A DNA stretch of 64,000 nt from Chiloscyllium plagiosum (taxonomy: Eukaryota). The DNA lies in NCBI RefSeq assembly GCF_004010195.1, contig NC_057733.1, positions 36,632,394-36,696,393 of the forward strand. Reading direction: 5' to 3'. How positions within the stretch are numbered: the stretch's first letter is position 1; each line of letters opens with the position of its first letter. The notes beneath the pieces are model-generated. The model saw nothing but the letters and a program-made list of their open reading frames with translations, ran no database searches and was not told where the DNA came from. A program made the position numbers and the translations under genes. Shown piece after piece: positions 1 to 10,416 of the stretch.

Positions 1-345
1 GAGGGGCGTCGGAAATGTGATAGGTGGAAAGAGGTCAAGGTGAGGGTGATAGGTCAGACTGGCGTGGGGGCGGAGAGGTCGGGAAGAAGATTGCAGGTTA
101 GGAAGGAACTATATCAACGAACACATTGACTCGGACCCCATTTACCACCCCCTGACAAAATGAACAGGAAATGACATCACCACAGGAAATGACATCACAA
201 CTCCAGAGAAACCCAAACATATAAATAGAAAGCAGAAATCATCAGCAGTGTTCGTCTGGAGGCTCACTGAAAATGTTACCTAGCATGGTGATGAAATGTC
301 TGAAAATGAACCTTCCAGTTCAGTGAGCAAACCTACATCCATTGC
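1..345. mobile_element. Two fused Penelope-like element (PLE) fragments
   Basis: 1-108 matches the PLE at 18040-18115. 108-345 matches the PLE 3' ends at 13190-13415 and 32490-32722. Confidence 0.75.
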
Positions 346-464
346 TTAGCTCTATCTATCATCAAATCTGTAGGCCTGGCTCTCTTGCATAGAAGCTGAA
401 AGGACATCAAACCTGCAAGAGCTGAAACGTCTGCATTCCAGCCTTCTGAGTCTACTTCTCTGTC

Positions 465-680
465 TTACTTACCTGATCCTGACAACTGGCCAAAAGATCT
501 TCTCCCAAGTGGAGTGACTGCCTCCTGTAACAAAGTGTTCAAGTAATTCTCCACTTTCCTAATGTTCCATAGTATTTGCATTACAGCCTCCAGCTCATTG
601 ACTAAGCCAAAGGTTCTCAAGCTACAGATACTTACTGGAGAACCCCTACATCTGCAATTGCAATACACCGCCTGCTCTAC
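465..680 (-). mobile_element. Degenerate CR1-type LINE ORF1 fragment
   Basis: Translation (C..C...VNELEAVMQILWNIRKVENYL..EAVTP) resembles the CR1 ORF1 N-terminus seen at 54325-54684. Confidence 0.5.
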
Positions 681-789
681 TATCCTTACTGTGTTTTAAT
701 GGATTAATGATGACATTATTTATTGTCCTTTGAATTGTATTTGAGGCTATTCCTTACTATCATCTACTGAACGAATACCATTTTGTAAG

Positions 790-1110
790 GACGGCTGGGT
801 GGCTATGTGGTTAGAACTGTTACCTCACCGCGCCAGGTACCCAGGTTCAATTCCAGCCTTGGGTGACAGTCTGTGTGAAGTTTGCACATTCTCCCTATGT
901 CTGCATGGGTTTCGTCTGCGTGCTCTGGTTTCCTCCCATAGTCCAAAGATGTACAGGTTAGGTGAATTCACCATGCTAAATTGCACATAGTGTTCAAATG
1001 TGTAGGATGAGATAAATGTAGAGTAGTAGGGGAATGGGTCTGGGTGGGTTACTCTTTAGAGGGTCGGTGTGGGCTTGTTGGCTAAATGGCCTGTTTCCAC
1101 ACTGTCAAGA
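790..1110 (+). mobile_element. tRNA-derived V-SINE (HE1-like)
   Basis: A box (tggctatgtggttag), B box (ggttcaattcc), V-domain core gtctgtgtgaagtttgcacattctcc. Multiple copies in the window. Confidence 0.85.
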
Positions 1111-1739
1111 TTCAAAGATTCTACTTAAAAGTACCTAAAAATCGCTTTTTCTTGATTTCTAGTTATTTACATATTACAACACTACAATAAAGTACTTACA
1201 AATGAAGATAACAATTCAGATACTGATGAATTTGGATATCGGAATTTTGTTTTGGTTATGAAGGTGTGAAAATCGTTAGGGTTTTGTAATTTGTGAAAAC
1301 AATTCCACCAAATGAATACCAATGCCCAGTTGTGATTGGCTACCTTAGGCCATGATATGCATGGATCATAATCACACTCATATTTCCATTTACTAAATGG
1401 AACAGGCCAAAGAGGATGATGGAGACATTTCTTTATTTTAAATTTTATAAATGAGAAACATAAGATCAGTAGTCAGCCATTCACACCCTCCAGCCTGTGC
1501 TGTGCTTGTCTGGAGGGGTCATGGCTGAATTGTGACTTGTAGACTTTGCTTACATCCCTTAATACCTTTTTAACAAAATGTATTAATCCCAGACTTAAAA
1601 ATAATCTTTGGCAATTTGAGGAAGAATGATCCAAATATCTACTATCTTTTCTGTGCAGCAATATTTCCAAATCTGCTTCCATCAGCACTGCTTTAAAGTG
1701 CTAATTTGTAGAATAACAAAGTATTAAAAGCATTAAAAC

Positions 1740-1836
1740 TATTATTTGTTTCTGTATCACCACAACATCTGAAAGCAGTTTTGGAAATATGGGAAGTAGG
1801 TATCTGATTTCCTTGATCAGCCAGATCAGCTTCTTC
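1740..1836 (-). pseudogene. Degenerate third copy of the acidic repeat exon of the minus-strand gene
   Basis: Acceptor aaatcag| then EEADLADQGNQIPTS, aligning with ETTEDVAEGRDQTPTS (4839-4949). Flank 1921-1980 is homologous to 5041-5100. No clear donor. Confidence 0.45.
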
Positions 1837-2257
1837 CTGATTTGTGCGAAAATATAGATGATTGTGTTTGAGATGTTGTCCTTTTTGTTCTAAGTGAGAT
1901 CCTCTTTTATGCAACAAATTGTACTTTCATAGCACCTCAAACAAAATAAAAGATCCCAAAAGATTTCACAAGGTGAAAATCACTGGATAGCAACAAATGT
2001 TTGGAATGATGATGTCTCACCATTTGTATACATGGCTTTCAATTCCATTATTTAAATCATTTACAATACAATCCACAGTTTAAGCCCCTCTGCACAGCGT
2101 TTCAGTGAATTTGCCAAAGACAATTCCCTTCTCCCTTCATCGTCTCCTGTCAAACAGCCAAGTTCTTGATCAAGTAAATAATTTGACTTCAATTTCTTGA
2201 TCTTTCAAGGATAACCCACAGTAAAATTAAATATTAAACATACACACATATATTTAC

Positions 2258-2368
2258 CATGCTAGTCTGTACATTTACTGACACATATCCAACAATATTG
2301 AGGAATGAAGGAGGTTCTGAAGGTGATGTTCAATTTCTTTGGTCAGTAATGTCTTCAGTACATTTTTG
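2258..2368 (-). pseudogene. 111-nt repeat exon copy with in-frame TGA (pseudo-exon or poison exon)
   Basis: ctaatcag|CAAAAATGT...AGCATG|gtaaat. Translation QKCTEDITDQRN*TSPSEPPSFLNIVGYVSVNVQTSM has the same length and phase as exon 4839-4949. Confidence 0.6.
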
Positions 2369-2684
2369 CTGATTAGCTTAAAATGTAATCAATTATAAGT
2401 TGCTTTCACAAGAGATGCACTAACAGTTAAAACTTTAATATCAATTTTTTTGATGTATGTGAAACTTTGAGTTGGAAATTTGTATGTGCAGATTTATTGA
2501 AGTTCTCAGTGCCATTAACTGCTACCTGTAACACTCATGATCTATAAGAAATGTGTTCTGCTAACAAATGTTTTGTAGCACTTGTATTCCTTTGTTGTTC
2601 ATCAACCTGAGCCTGAATATTGTCCAGATCTTGCTGCCTGTGGGTGTAGTCTGCTCCATTATCTAATGAGTTGCCAACTACAGT

Positions 2685-3290
2685 CATAGAGTCATGAAGT
2701 CACAGAGATAAACAGCACAGAAACAGACCCTTCAGTCCAACTCGTCCATGCCGACCAAATATCCTAAATTAATTGAGTCCCATTTACCAGCATTTGGCCC
2801 ATATTCCCCTAAGCCTTTCCTATTCATATGCCCATCCAGATTTATTTTAAATATTGTATTTGTACCATCTTTCACCACCTCCTCTGACAGCTCATTCCAA
2901 ACACACATAACCCTCTGCATGGAAAAGTTGCCTCTTAGATCCCTTTTAAATTTTTCCTCCCTCACCTTATACCAATGCCCTCCAGTTTTGGACTCCACTA
3001 CCTATTCACCCTATCCATGCCCATCATGATTTTATAAATCTCAATAAGGGCACCTCTCAGCCTTTGATGGTCCAGGGAAAATAGACCAACCCATTCAGCC
3101 TCTCCCTGTAGCTCTCTCCAACTGTGGCAACATCCATTAAATCTTTTCTGCACCCTTTCAAGTTTCACAATATCTTTCCTATAGCAGGGAGATCAGAATT
3201 GAATGCAGTATTCCACAAGTGGCTTAACCAATATCCTGGACAGCTACAACATGACCTTCCAACTCCTATCCTCAATGCACTAACCAATAC
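2685..3290 (-). mobile_element. CR1/HER1-like LINE 3' fragment
   Basis: ORF 2732-2998 (KTGGHWYKVR..RGNFSMQRV..WNEL) is the typical CR1 ORF2 C-terminus. Short tandem-repeat tail near 2685. Confidence 0.85.
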
Positions 3291-3677
3291 TAAATACATC
3301 AGTGAACAGTGTGATGGAGATAAGGTCAGATGGGGTCCTGCAAGGATGATTTGATGTGAGTCTTATTATCTGGTTCCAATATGAAGAAAAGAACTAAATA
3401 CAAGATGAAGTGAGAGTAATTAACCAAGGCTGCATTTGACTGAATGTAGAATAAAGGAGTCTGGGAAGCCACACCCAAGCAAAACTGTTCCACTTTGGTT
3501 AGTATTCTGGTATATAATTGACAATGTGGGAAATGATCTCAGATCAATACAATCCAGCAATTACTTAGTTGCATCTTGATATTATGTTAAATAAATCAAG
3601 TTGACTTCAGGCTGACATCGGTGATGCTGGGGTCTTAGAGGACACTAAGATGAATCAATCACTTGGCATGTGATTTA

Positions 3678-4015
3678 GAGGGAAGGCGATGGCCTAGTGG
3701 TATTATCAATGGACTATAAATCCAGAATCCCAGGTAATGTTCTGGGCCATAGGTTTGAATTACCACAATAGCAGATGGTGGAAACTGAACCCAATAAAAG
3801 TCTGTAATTAAGACTTTAATGACAACCATGAAATCACTGCCAATTGTCCGAAAAACTCAAGTGGTGTCTTTTAGGGAAGGAAATCCACCATCCTTACTTG
3901 GTCTGGCTGATATGTGACTCCAGACCCACAGCAATGTGGTTGAAACTTAACAGTCGTCTGGGGCAATAAGGGATGGGCATTAAATGTTGGCCTGGCCAGT
4001 GAATGCCCACAACCC
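3678..4015 (+). mobile_element. tRNA-derived SINE with L2-like 3' tail
   Basis: ggcgatggcctagtgg head. 3' end gggcaataagggatgggcattaaatgttgg is shared with L2-like fragments. Second copy at 20660-21000. Confidence 0.7.
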
Positions 4016-4161
4016 AAAAATTAATTTTTTAAAAAGTCCATGATGGTTGCAAACATTTCAGTCTTGTTTGGCAGATGTCCTGGCTCTGCTATTATTGATG
4101 ACACAACATTCATGGAATTTTGTATTCATTTACTTGTACACTACAAACACAAATGGACTTA

Positions 4162-4470
4162 AGGGCGGCACAGTAGCTCAGTGGTTAGCACTGCTGCCTC
4201 ACAGCTCCAGGGACCCAGGTTCGATTCCAGCCTTGGGTGACTGTCTGTGTGGAGTTTGCACATTTTCCCAGTGTCTGCATGGGTTTCTTCCAGGTGCTCC
4301 AGTTTCCTTCCACAGTCCAAAGATGTGCAGGTTAGGTGAACTATTCAGGATGTGTAGGTTAAATGTATTAGTACAAATACGGTAGAGGAATGGGTCTGGG
4401 TGGGTTACTCTTCAGAGGGTTGGTGTGGACTTGTTGGGCCAAAGGGCCCATTTCCATGCTATAGGGATTT
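4162..4470 (+). mobile_element. V-SINE (HE1-like)
   Basis: gggcggcacagtagctcagtggttagcac...ggttcgattcc, V core, tttta tail. Confidence 0.9.
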
Positions 4471-4838
4471 TATTTTATTTTTCTATTCTATACTTGGCAG
4501 GATGTCTTCACTGTTGCTAGGTCAAAATCTGGAACTCCCTCCCTCAAATCACTGTTGGTATATCCACACCTTCTTAACATGATCAATTAGGGAGGGGCAA
4601 GAAGTGCTATAATTGTTTGAAATGCCAACAATCTCATGACCAAATAAATAAAAGAAAATAAAACATATTTGACCAGTTTTCTTTCCACATTGCCTGTGGT
4701 TAAATTCCAAAAAGGAAAGCAAACTTCAACCACTTCGTTCAATGGTATATCTCCTGATATATGAGAAATCAGTATAGAAATTATAACTTAATAAAATAAA
4801 AATTAAACATTGAAAATGATTTGAAGAAAGACAATTAC

Positions 4839-4949
4839 CGTATTTGCTTGTGTATATTCTGGAACATCCCCAAAAATATCTGGTGATACAGGAGGTTCTG
4901 AAGTGGGTGTCTGGTCTCTTCCCTCAGCAACATCTTCAGTAGTTTCTAT
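4839..4949 (-). CDS. Putative coding exon 3 of an unidentified minus-strand gene (IETTEDVAEGRDQTPTSEPPVSPDIFGDVPEYTQANT)
   Basis: Acceptor ttcttgcaaatcag, donor ACG|gtaatt, 111 nt, phase 0-0, open frame. Paralogous exon copies at 2258-2368 and ~1740-1836. Confidence 0.6.
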
Positions 4950-5429
4950 CTGATTTGCAAGAAATACAACAATTATTAGATGCCACACACAATATGTGTC
5001 TTTATTTTAATATTTACCTTATGGCTCTCTTTTTCAAACATGCACTTTGATGCACTCTTAATATAAGAAAACATCCCAAACATGTCACAGAGATGAAAAA
5101 AATAACTAAACAGCTAACAGTAGCAGGGAAAGTGTTTATGATGAGAATTCTAAGCAAGATCCAGGAGGTACATATTAAGGAGAAGGGAGACCTGAAAGAC
5201 ATTAGAAAAGTACAAAGTGGAAAACCATGAGGCAAGTGCCCACATTTTAAATGCCTGGCTTTGTTGACAAGTACTTGTCAATAAATCTGTCAGTAGAACC
5301 TTAGCACATTAGACAGCCAAATGGTTTTGGACTACCACAACATCAAGCAGCCTGAGGAAGGGAATGGCCTGTGTTATCAGGCAACCCAAGCACAGAAATC
5401 AATTTGGTTATGGCTCTGGTTTTAAAATT

Positions 5430-6790
5430 GTACTCCTTGGATGCTTGCTGGGCCAATATTAATTGTCTAATCCATAATTGTCCTCCAGAAGGTGGTGGTG
5501 AGTTTCCTTATCGAATTGCTACAATCCTAGGGTTGTAAAGGTAGTCATAGTGCTCTTAAAAAAAGGTCCTGGATTGTGACCCAGCAAAAAGTGAAGGAAT
5601 GATGACATACTGTAGTTCTAAGTCAGTTAGAGAAGAAAATGCAGTGGTAGACTCCCCATGTATCTGTTGGCCTTGTTCTTTTAGAAGATAGAGGTCATGT
5701 GCTTAGAAGGTACTGTTTAAGCAGCCTTGGTGACCTACACAGTGTATTTTGTGAATGGTACACACTGCTTCCACTGTGCATCAGTGGTGAAATGAGTAAA
5801 TGCTGAAGGTGGTGGTAAGGTGCCAGTCAAGCAAATTGCTTCAGTAAAACAAGGAACTTCAGATGCTGGAGATCAGAAACAAAAACTGAAATTGCCGGTG
5901 AAACTCAGCAGTCTGACAACATCCATGGGAAGAAAGCAGAGTTAATGTTTCAAGTTCAGTGATTCTTCATCAGAATGCTTCATCTTGAATGGTGTCAAGG
6001 TTCTTGAGTGCTGCTGGGAGCTGTACTCATTCAGCAACTTGAAAATATTCCATCATATCCTGATTTATGCCTTATTGATGGTGGACAGATTTTGAGCAGA
6101 CAGGAGGTGACTTGCTTGCTGCAGAATTTCTTTTCTGATCTGATCTTCTAGCCACAATATTTGCATGCCTGATCCAGTTCAGTTTCTGGTAAAAGGTAAT
6201 TACCAAAATGCTAGTGATGGGAGATTCAGTGATGGAAATGTCATAGAATATCAAGGGTGATAGTTTGATTCTCTCTTATTGGTGGATGGACATTGCTGTG
6301 TCTAATGTATTCAACTGATTCTTGAAATTAAGTGAAATATATCATGTTGTCTGAGAACTTGCACGTAACGTTTGGGATCCAACAGGCTGGACTTCCTCAT
6401 CATTGACAATGGAAAAGTTCTTGAAGATTCCTCTTCCAATTAATTGATGAATTGTTTACCACTATTTATGATAGGATGTGACAGAACTGCAGAGCTTGAT
6501 CTCATCCTCTGGTTGTGGGATCACTGAACTCCATCTATGACATTATGCTTTCACTGTTTAGCATGCATGTACTCCTGTGCTGTAGCTTCAATAAGTTGGC
6601 ACCTGATTTTTATGTATACCTTTTGCTGCCCTCGGCATGATTTCATAAACCTTTCATTGAACCAGAATCAACTGCCTCACTTGATGGTGCAGTAGAGTGA
6701 GGAATATCTTGGGCCATGGCATTGTAGGTGGTGACTGAGTACAATTCTCATCTGCTCATGACCCACAGCACCTCATGGCTGTTAAGTGTT
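5430..6790 (-). mobile_element. Decayed L2-like LINE fragments with a small PLE insert (~5850-5975)
   Basis: Similar to 42190-43015 and, inverted, to 21040-21660. No intact ORF. Confidence 0.55.
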
Positions 6791-6980
6791 GAGGTGATAG
6801 TCAGCAAAGCTGCAACTTACCTGGATGAAATATTCTTCAATGACAAATACTAAGTCTCAAATATTTGGAGAAATTTTACAACAAAACTTGTCTTCTGAAG
6901 TGCTTAGTCTATGATACAATGCAAGGCACAACTGCTACCATATTTATAGTAAAAATCAAACAGCCAAAAATTGTATTTAC

Positions 6981-7044
6981 CATCTGTGCACTTTCTGGTC
7001 CATCTTCATCCTCATGCAAGGTTTGAAAGGTCTCAGATGGGGGG
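6981..7044 (-). CDS. Putative coding exon 2 of the minus-strand gene (PPSETFQTLHEDEDGPESAQM)
   Basis: Strong acceptor tttgtttcatttttcatag, donor ATG|gtaaat, 64 nt, phase 2-0. Phases join 10199-10215 and 4839-4949 in frame. Confidence 0.55.
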
Positions 7045-7224
7045 CTATGAAAAATGAAACAAAGGAACTAAATAATCATATTAAACAAATGTTCAATATT
7101 GAATAATGCAAATAATTTACTGGTTTAGAACTACATTTTAAGAGACCAGTTTAAACATAAACTTATATTTCCTATGATGATTCCTCTCAGATCACTCGAG
7201 GTGCTGAAGACCAGGCTTTGGTTC

Positions 7225-9185
7225 ATTGAATTGAATTGAATTGAATTTATTGTCACATATACTGAGGCACAGTGAAAAGCTTTGTCTTGCGAGCAATACA
7301 GACAGATCACATAGTTAAGTGGCATAGATAAGTAAATAATAGATAAACAGCAGCAAAAACAAATACACAGGTACAGGCGAATGTTAAAAGTTTGTGAGTC
7401 CATTCAGTATTCGAGCAACAGTAGGTACCGGCTGGTGCATGTGTTCAGGCTTCTGTACCTTCTCCCCGATGGCAGACTACAGACAGGAGGTGGAAGACCT
7501 AGAAAAATGGTGCATTGAGAACAACCTAGCTCTCAATGTCGGCAAAACCAAGGAACTGATTATTTACTTCTGGCAGGATGTTACTCATGCCCCCCCTACC
7601 CATTAACAGCACAGAGGTGGAATGAGTGGAGTGTGTCAAGCTCTTGGGAGAGGTCATCCACAACAAGCTTTCTGGGACTCTTCATGTGGATGCACTGGTT
7701 GCAAAGACCCAACAATGTCTCTTCTTCCTCAGGCAGCAGAGAAAATTTGGCATGACTTCAAATACCCTTGCCAACTTGTATAGATGCGCCATCAAGAACA
7801 TTCCGTCTGGATGTATCACTATCTGGTTTCACAAGCTTTCATTGCCAGGGTAGGATGGATCTTTGAGAATGCTGGCGGCCTTTCCTTAACAGCGGGCCTG
7901 ATAGATGGATTCTAGATGGGAGGTTGGCCTTTGTGATGTTCACCACTCTCTGTAACTCTCTTCGATCTGAAATGGTACAGTTGTCATACCAGGTAGTGAT
8001 AGATCCAGACAGAATGCTCTCGATAGTGCACCTACCTAGGGTATGCACCACCATGCCAAATTTCCTCAGCTGCCTGAGGAAGAAGAGACGTTGTTGGGTC
8101 TTTGCAACCAGTGCATCCACATAAAGAGTCCAAGAAAGCTTGTTGTGGATGACCACTCCCAACAGCTTGACACTCTCCACTCATTCCACCTCTGTGCTTT
8201 TAATGTGTAGGGGGGGCATGAATAACATCCCACCAAAAGTCAATAATGAGTTCCTTGGTTTTGCTAGCATTGAGAGCTGGGTTGTTCTCAGTGCACCACT
8301 TTTCCAGGTCTTCCATCTCCCGTCTGTAGTCTGTTTCGTCGCCATCTGAGATTCGACCGACTATGGTGGTGTCATCAGCGAACTTGTAAATGGCATTATC
8401 TGGTATTTGGCGACGCAGCCATGGGTATACAATGAGTACAGTATGCACCCCTGGGGGCTCCAGTGTTGAGTGTTAGTGAGGATGAAATATTGCCCCCAAT
8501 CTTCACTGATTGTAGCCTGTGGATCAGGAAACTGAGAATGCAGTTGCAGAGAGAAGGGCTTCGTCCGAGAATACTAACTTTAGTAAAAAGTCTCGAGGGG
8601 ATAGTAGTGTTGAAGGCTGAACTGTAGTCAATGAATAGGATTCTTACATAGCTGTTCTTGGTGTCAAGATGTCCTAGGCAGGCATGAAGGGCAAGTGATG
8701 TGGCATCTGACATGGATCTGTTGGTCCTAAAGGCATATTGGAGTGGGTCAAGAGTAGTGGGGAGGCTAGAGTTGATTAATGTCCTGACCAGCCTTTCAAA
8801 GCATTTCATGACCACCAAAGTTAGAACCACTTTGTCATTGAGATATGCTGCATGAACCTTCTTAGGCACAGGAATGATGTTGGCCCTCTTGAAACAATCA
8901 GGGACAGTGGCCTGCTGCAGGGAGAAGTTGAAGATGTCCAAGAAGACCTCTGCCAGTTGATCTGTGTATGCACTGAGTGCACGGCCTGGTATTCCGTCTG
9001 GTCCCATTGTTTTCCTTGGATTTAAACAAAGGAAAACTGATCTGGCCTCTGATGCAGTGACCATTGGGATAGGTACGTCAGGACTTGTTGGAATATTTGT
9101 TATCTCTCTGCTGAAATTCTGCTCAAAGTGAGCATAGAAGGCGTTGAGACAATCTGGGAGGGATGTGTCATCGTCTGCTATTATT
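7225..9185 (-). mobile_element. Rex1/Babar-like non-LTR retrotransposon, 5'-truncated, with internal inverted duplication
   Basis: RT motifs GPDGIPGRAL, IIPVPKK, QYAFRTNRS, FIDYSSAFNT, KFADDTT. (ATTCA)n tail at 7226-7245. 7470-7830 is an inverted copy of ~7960-8330. Confidence 0.85.
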
Positions 9186-9562
9186 TTCCATTATCCCTGC
9201 CATCCATGTCATTTTGTTCTATTTTCACAGTAATCCCTTTCTTGATTCATCATCTAACCTAGTTTACTCATTCGCTGATGATTCCATTCTATTAATTTCA
9301 TTCCAATGACATACTAACTACCACAATGCTTTCCATTGTCCAACAAGTGAATCTGTATAATGAGGTCTTCATGCATTTTGATAAATATTATTTTTATCAA
9401 TTCTACAAAATCATATTGGGATACATTTTTAATATGTTACCTTATAGGAAAATTGACATTTCGGCCAACCATCTTTTATGGAAGGCTCATATTTTTTATA
9501 ACCTTAAATCAAAATCATGCTATTTCTGTGGTGAATAACCAATTGTCAATAAAGGTGCAGTC

Positions 9563-9890
9563 GTTCAGTGGTTAGCACTGCTGCCTCACGGTGCCAAGGA
9601 CCCGGTTCAATCCCACCTGTCTGGTGTTTGCACATTCTCTCTGTGTCTGTGTGGGTTTCCTCCAGGTACTTTGGTTTCCTCCCACATTCCAAAGATGAGC
9701 AGGTTGGGTGGATTGATCATGCTAAATTGGCCGTGGTATCCACTTGTGTGCAGGCTATGTGGATAAGCCATGGCAAACGCAGCAGGGTCATAGGAAAACG
9801 GTGGGGGGTTATGGCCTGGGAAAGATACTCTTCAGAGGGTCGGTATGGGCTCATGGGGCGAATCGGCTGCTTCCGCACTATCGGAATTCT
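9563..9890 (+). mobile_element. V-SINE (HE1-like)
   Basis: tcagtggttagcactgctgcc, ggttcaatccc and V core. Confidence 0.8.
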
Positions 9891-10198
9891 ACAACCAGGA
9901 AATTTTACAAACGCCTGTGGCAATCCAAATGTATTCATATTTCCATCAAATCTAACTTAGGGATGAACCACAATGTTAACTCTAAATAATTCAATTTCAG
10001 CTGTTCTTTATCTGTTAGCCCCACCATCTCTTCCGACATCAAGTATAAACTTCGCACGTTCTTTCTTGTTCAACATTCCTTTAAGAAGCATGGTTTTCTT
10101 TACTATACAAACATCTACTGAAATATTTCGAAAAACAGACATTCTACAAATGTGAACACTGAAGTATTAAGAATAGATGAGGGAAGTGATGAAGTTAC

Positions 10199-10215
10199 CC
10201 CTCTCCGTCCGCCAT
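10199..10215 (-). CDS. Putative start exon (MADGEG) of the minus-strand gene
   Basis: Strong Kozak aacATGG. ATG GCG GAC GGA GAG GG|gtaact is a phase-2 donor compatible with exon 6981-7044. Confidence 0.5.
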
Positions 10216-10222
10216 GTTCTCT

Positions 10223-10235
10223 GTTGCTAAGAGAC
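10223..10235 (-). promoter_or_regulatory. RFX X-box-like motif (GTCTCTTAGCAAC)
   Basis: Matches the X-box pattern GTYNCY-N(0-3)-RGYAAC, 7 nt 5' of the minus-strand ATG. Confidence 0.55.
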
Positions 10236-10406
10236 GATTACAACAACCCGGCCGCTGTCCCAGTGCGTTGTCGGACTGTACCATGCTTTGGGAGAGGGGG
10301 TGTTTGTGTGTGGAGGTTGGGTTGTCAATGGTGAGAAGGCAAGGAACAGACACCCCTCCCCGTGACCGTGTAGATGTGGACCGGCCCAGTGGGTGAAGCC
10401 GGAGCT

Positions 10407-10416
10407 GTCATGTGAC
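10407..10416. promoter_or_regulatory. CLEAR/M-box element GTCATGTGAC (MiT/TFE site)
   Basis: One base from the CLEAR palindrome GTCACGTGAC, with the M-box core TCATGTGA, in the CpG island upstream of a lysosomal hydrolase gene. Confidence 0.7.

Noticed and set aside
465-480. Strong minus-strand donor CAG|gtaagt as a further exon of the minus-strand gene
   Set aside because: Lies in what translates as a CR1 ORF1 relic, and no convincing acceptor was found.
790-870. tRNA genes suggested by A/B boxes
   Set aside because: All are heads of multi-copy SINEs and none forms a complete cloverleaf.
6816-6910. Minus-strand donor CAG|gtaagt at 6821
   Set aside because: The longer candidate exon has stops in all frames. 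The 29-nt micro-exon option has a poor acceptor and a phase that does not fit 6981-7044.
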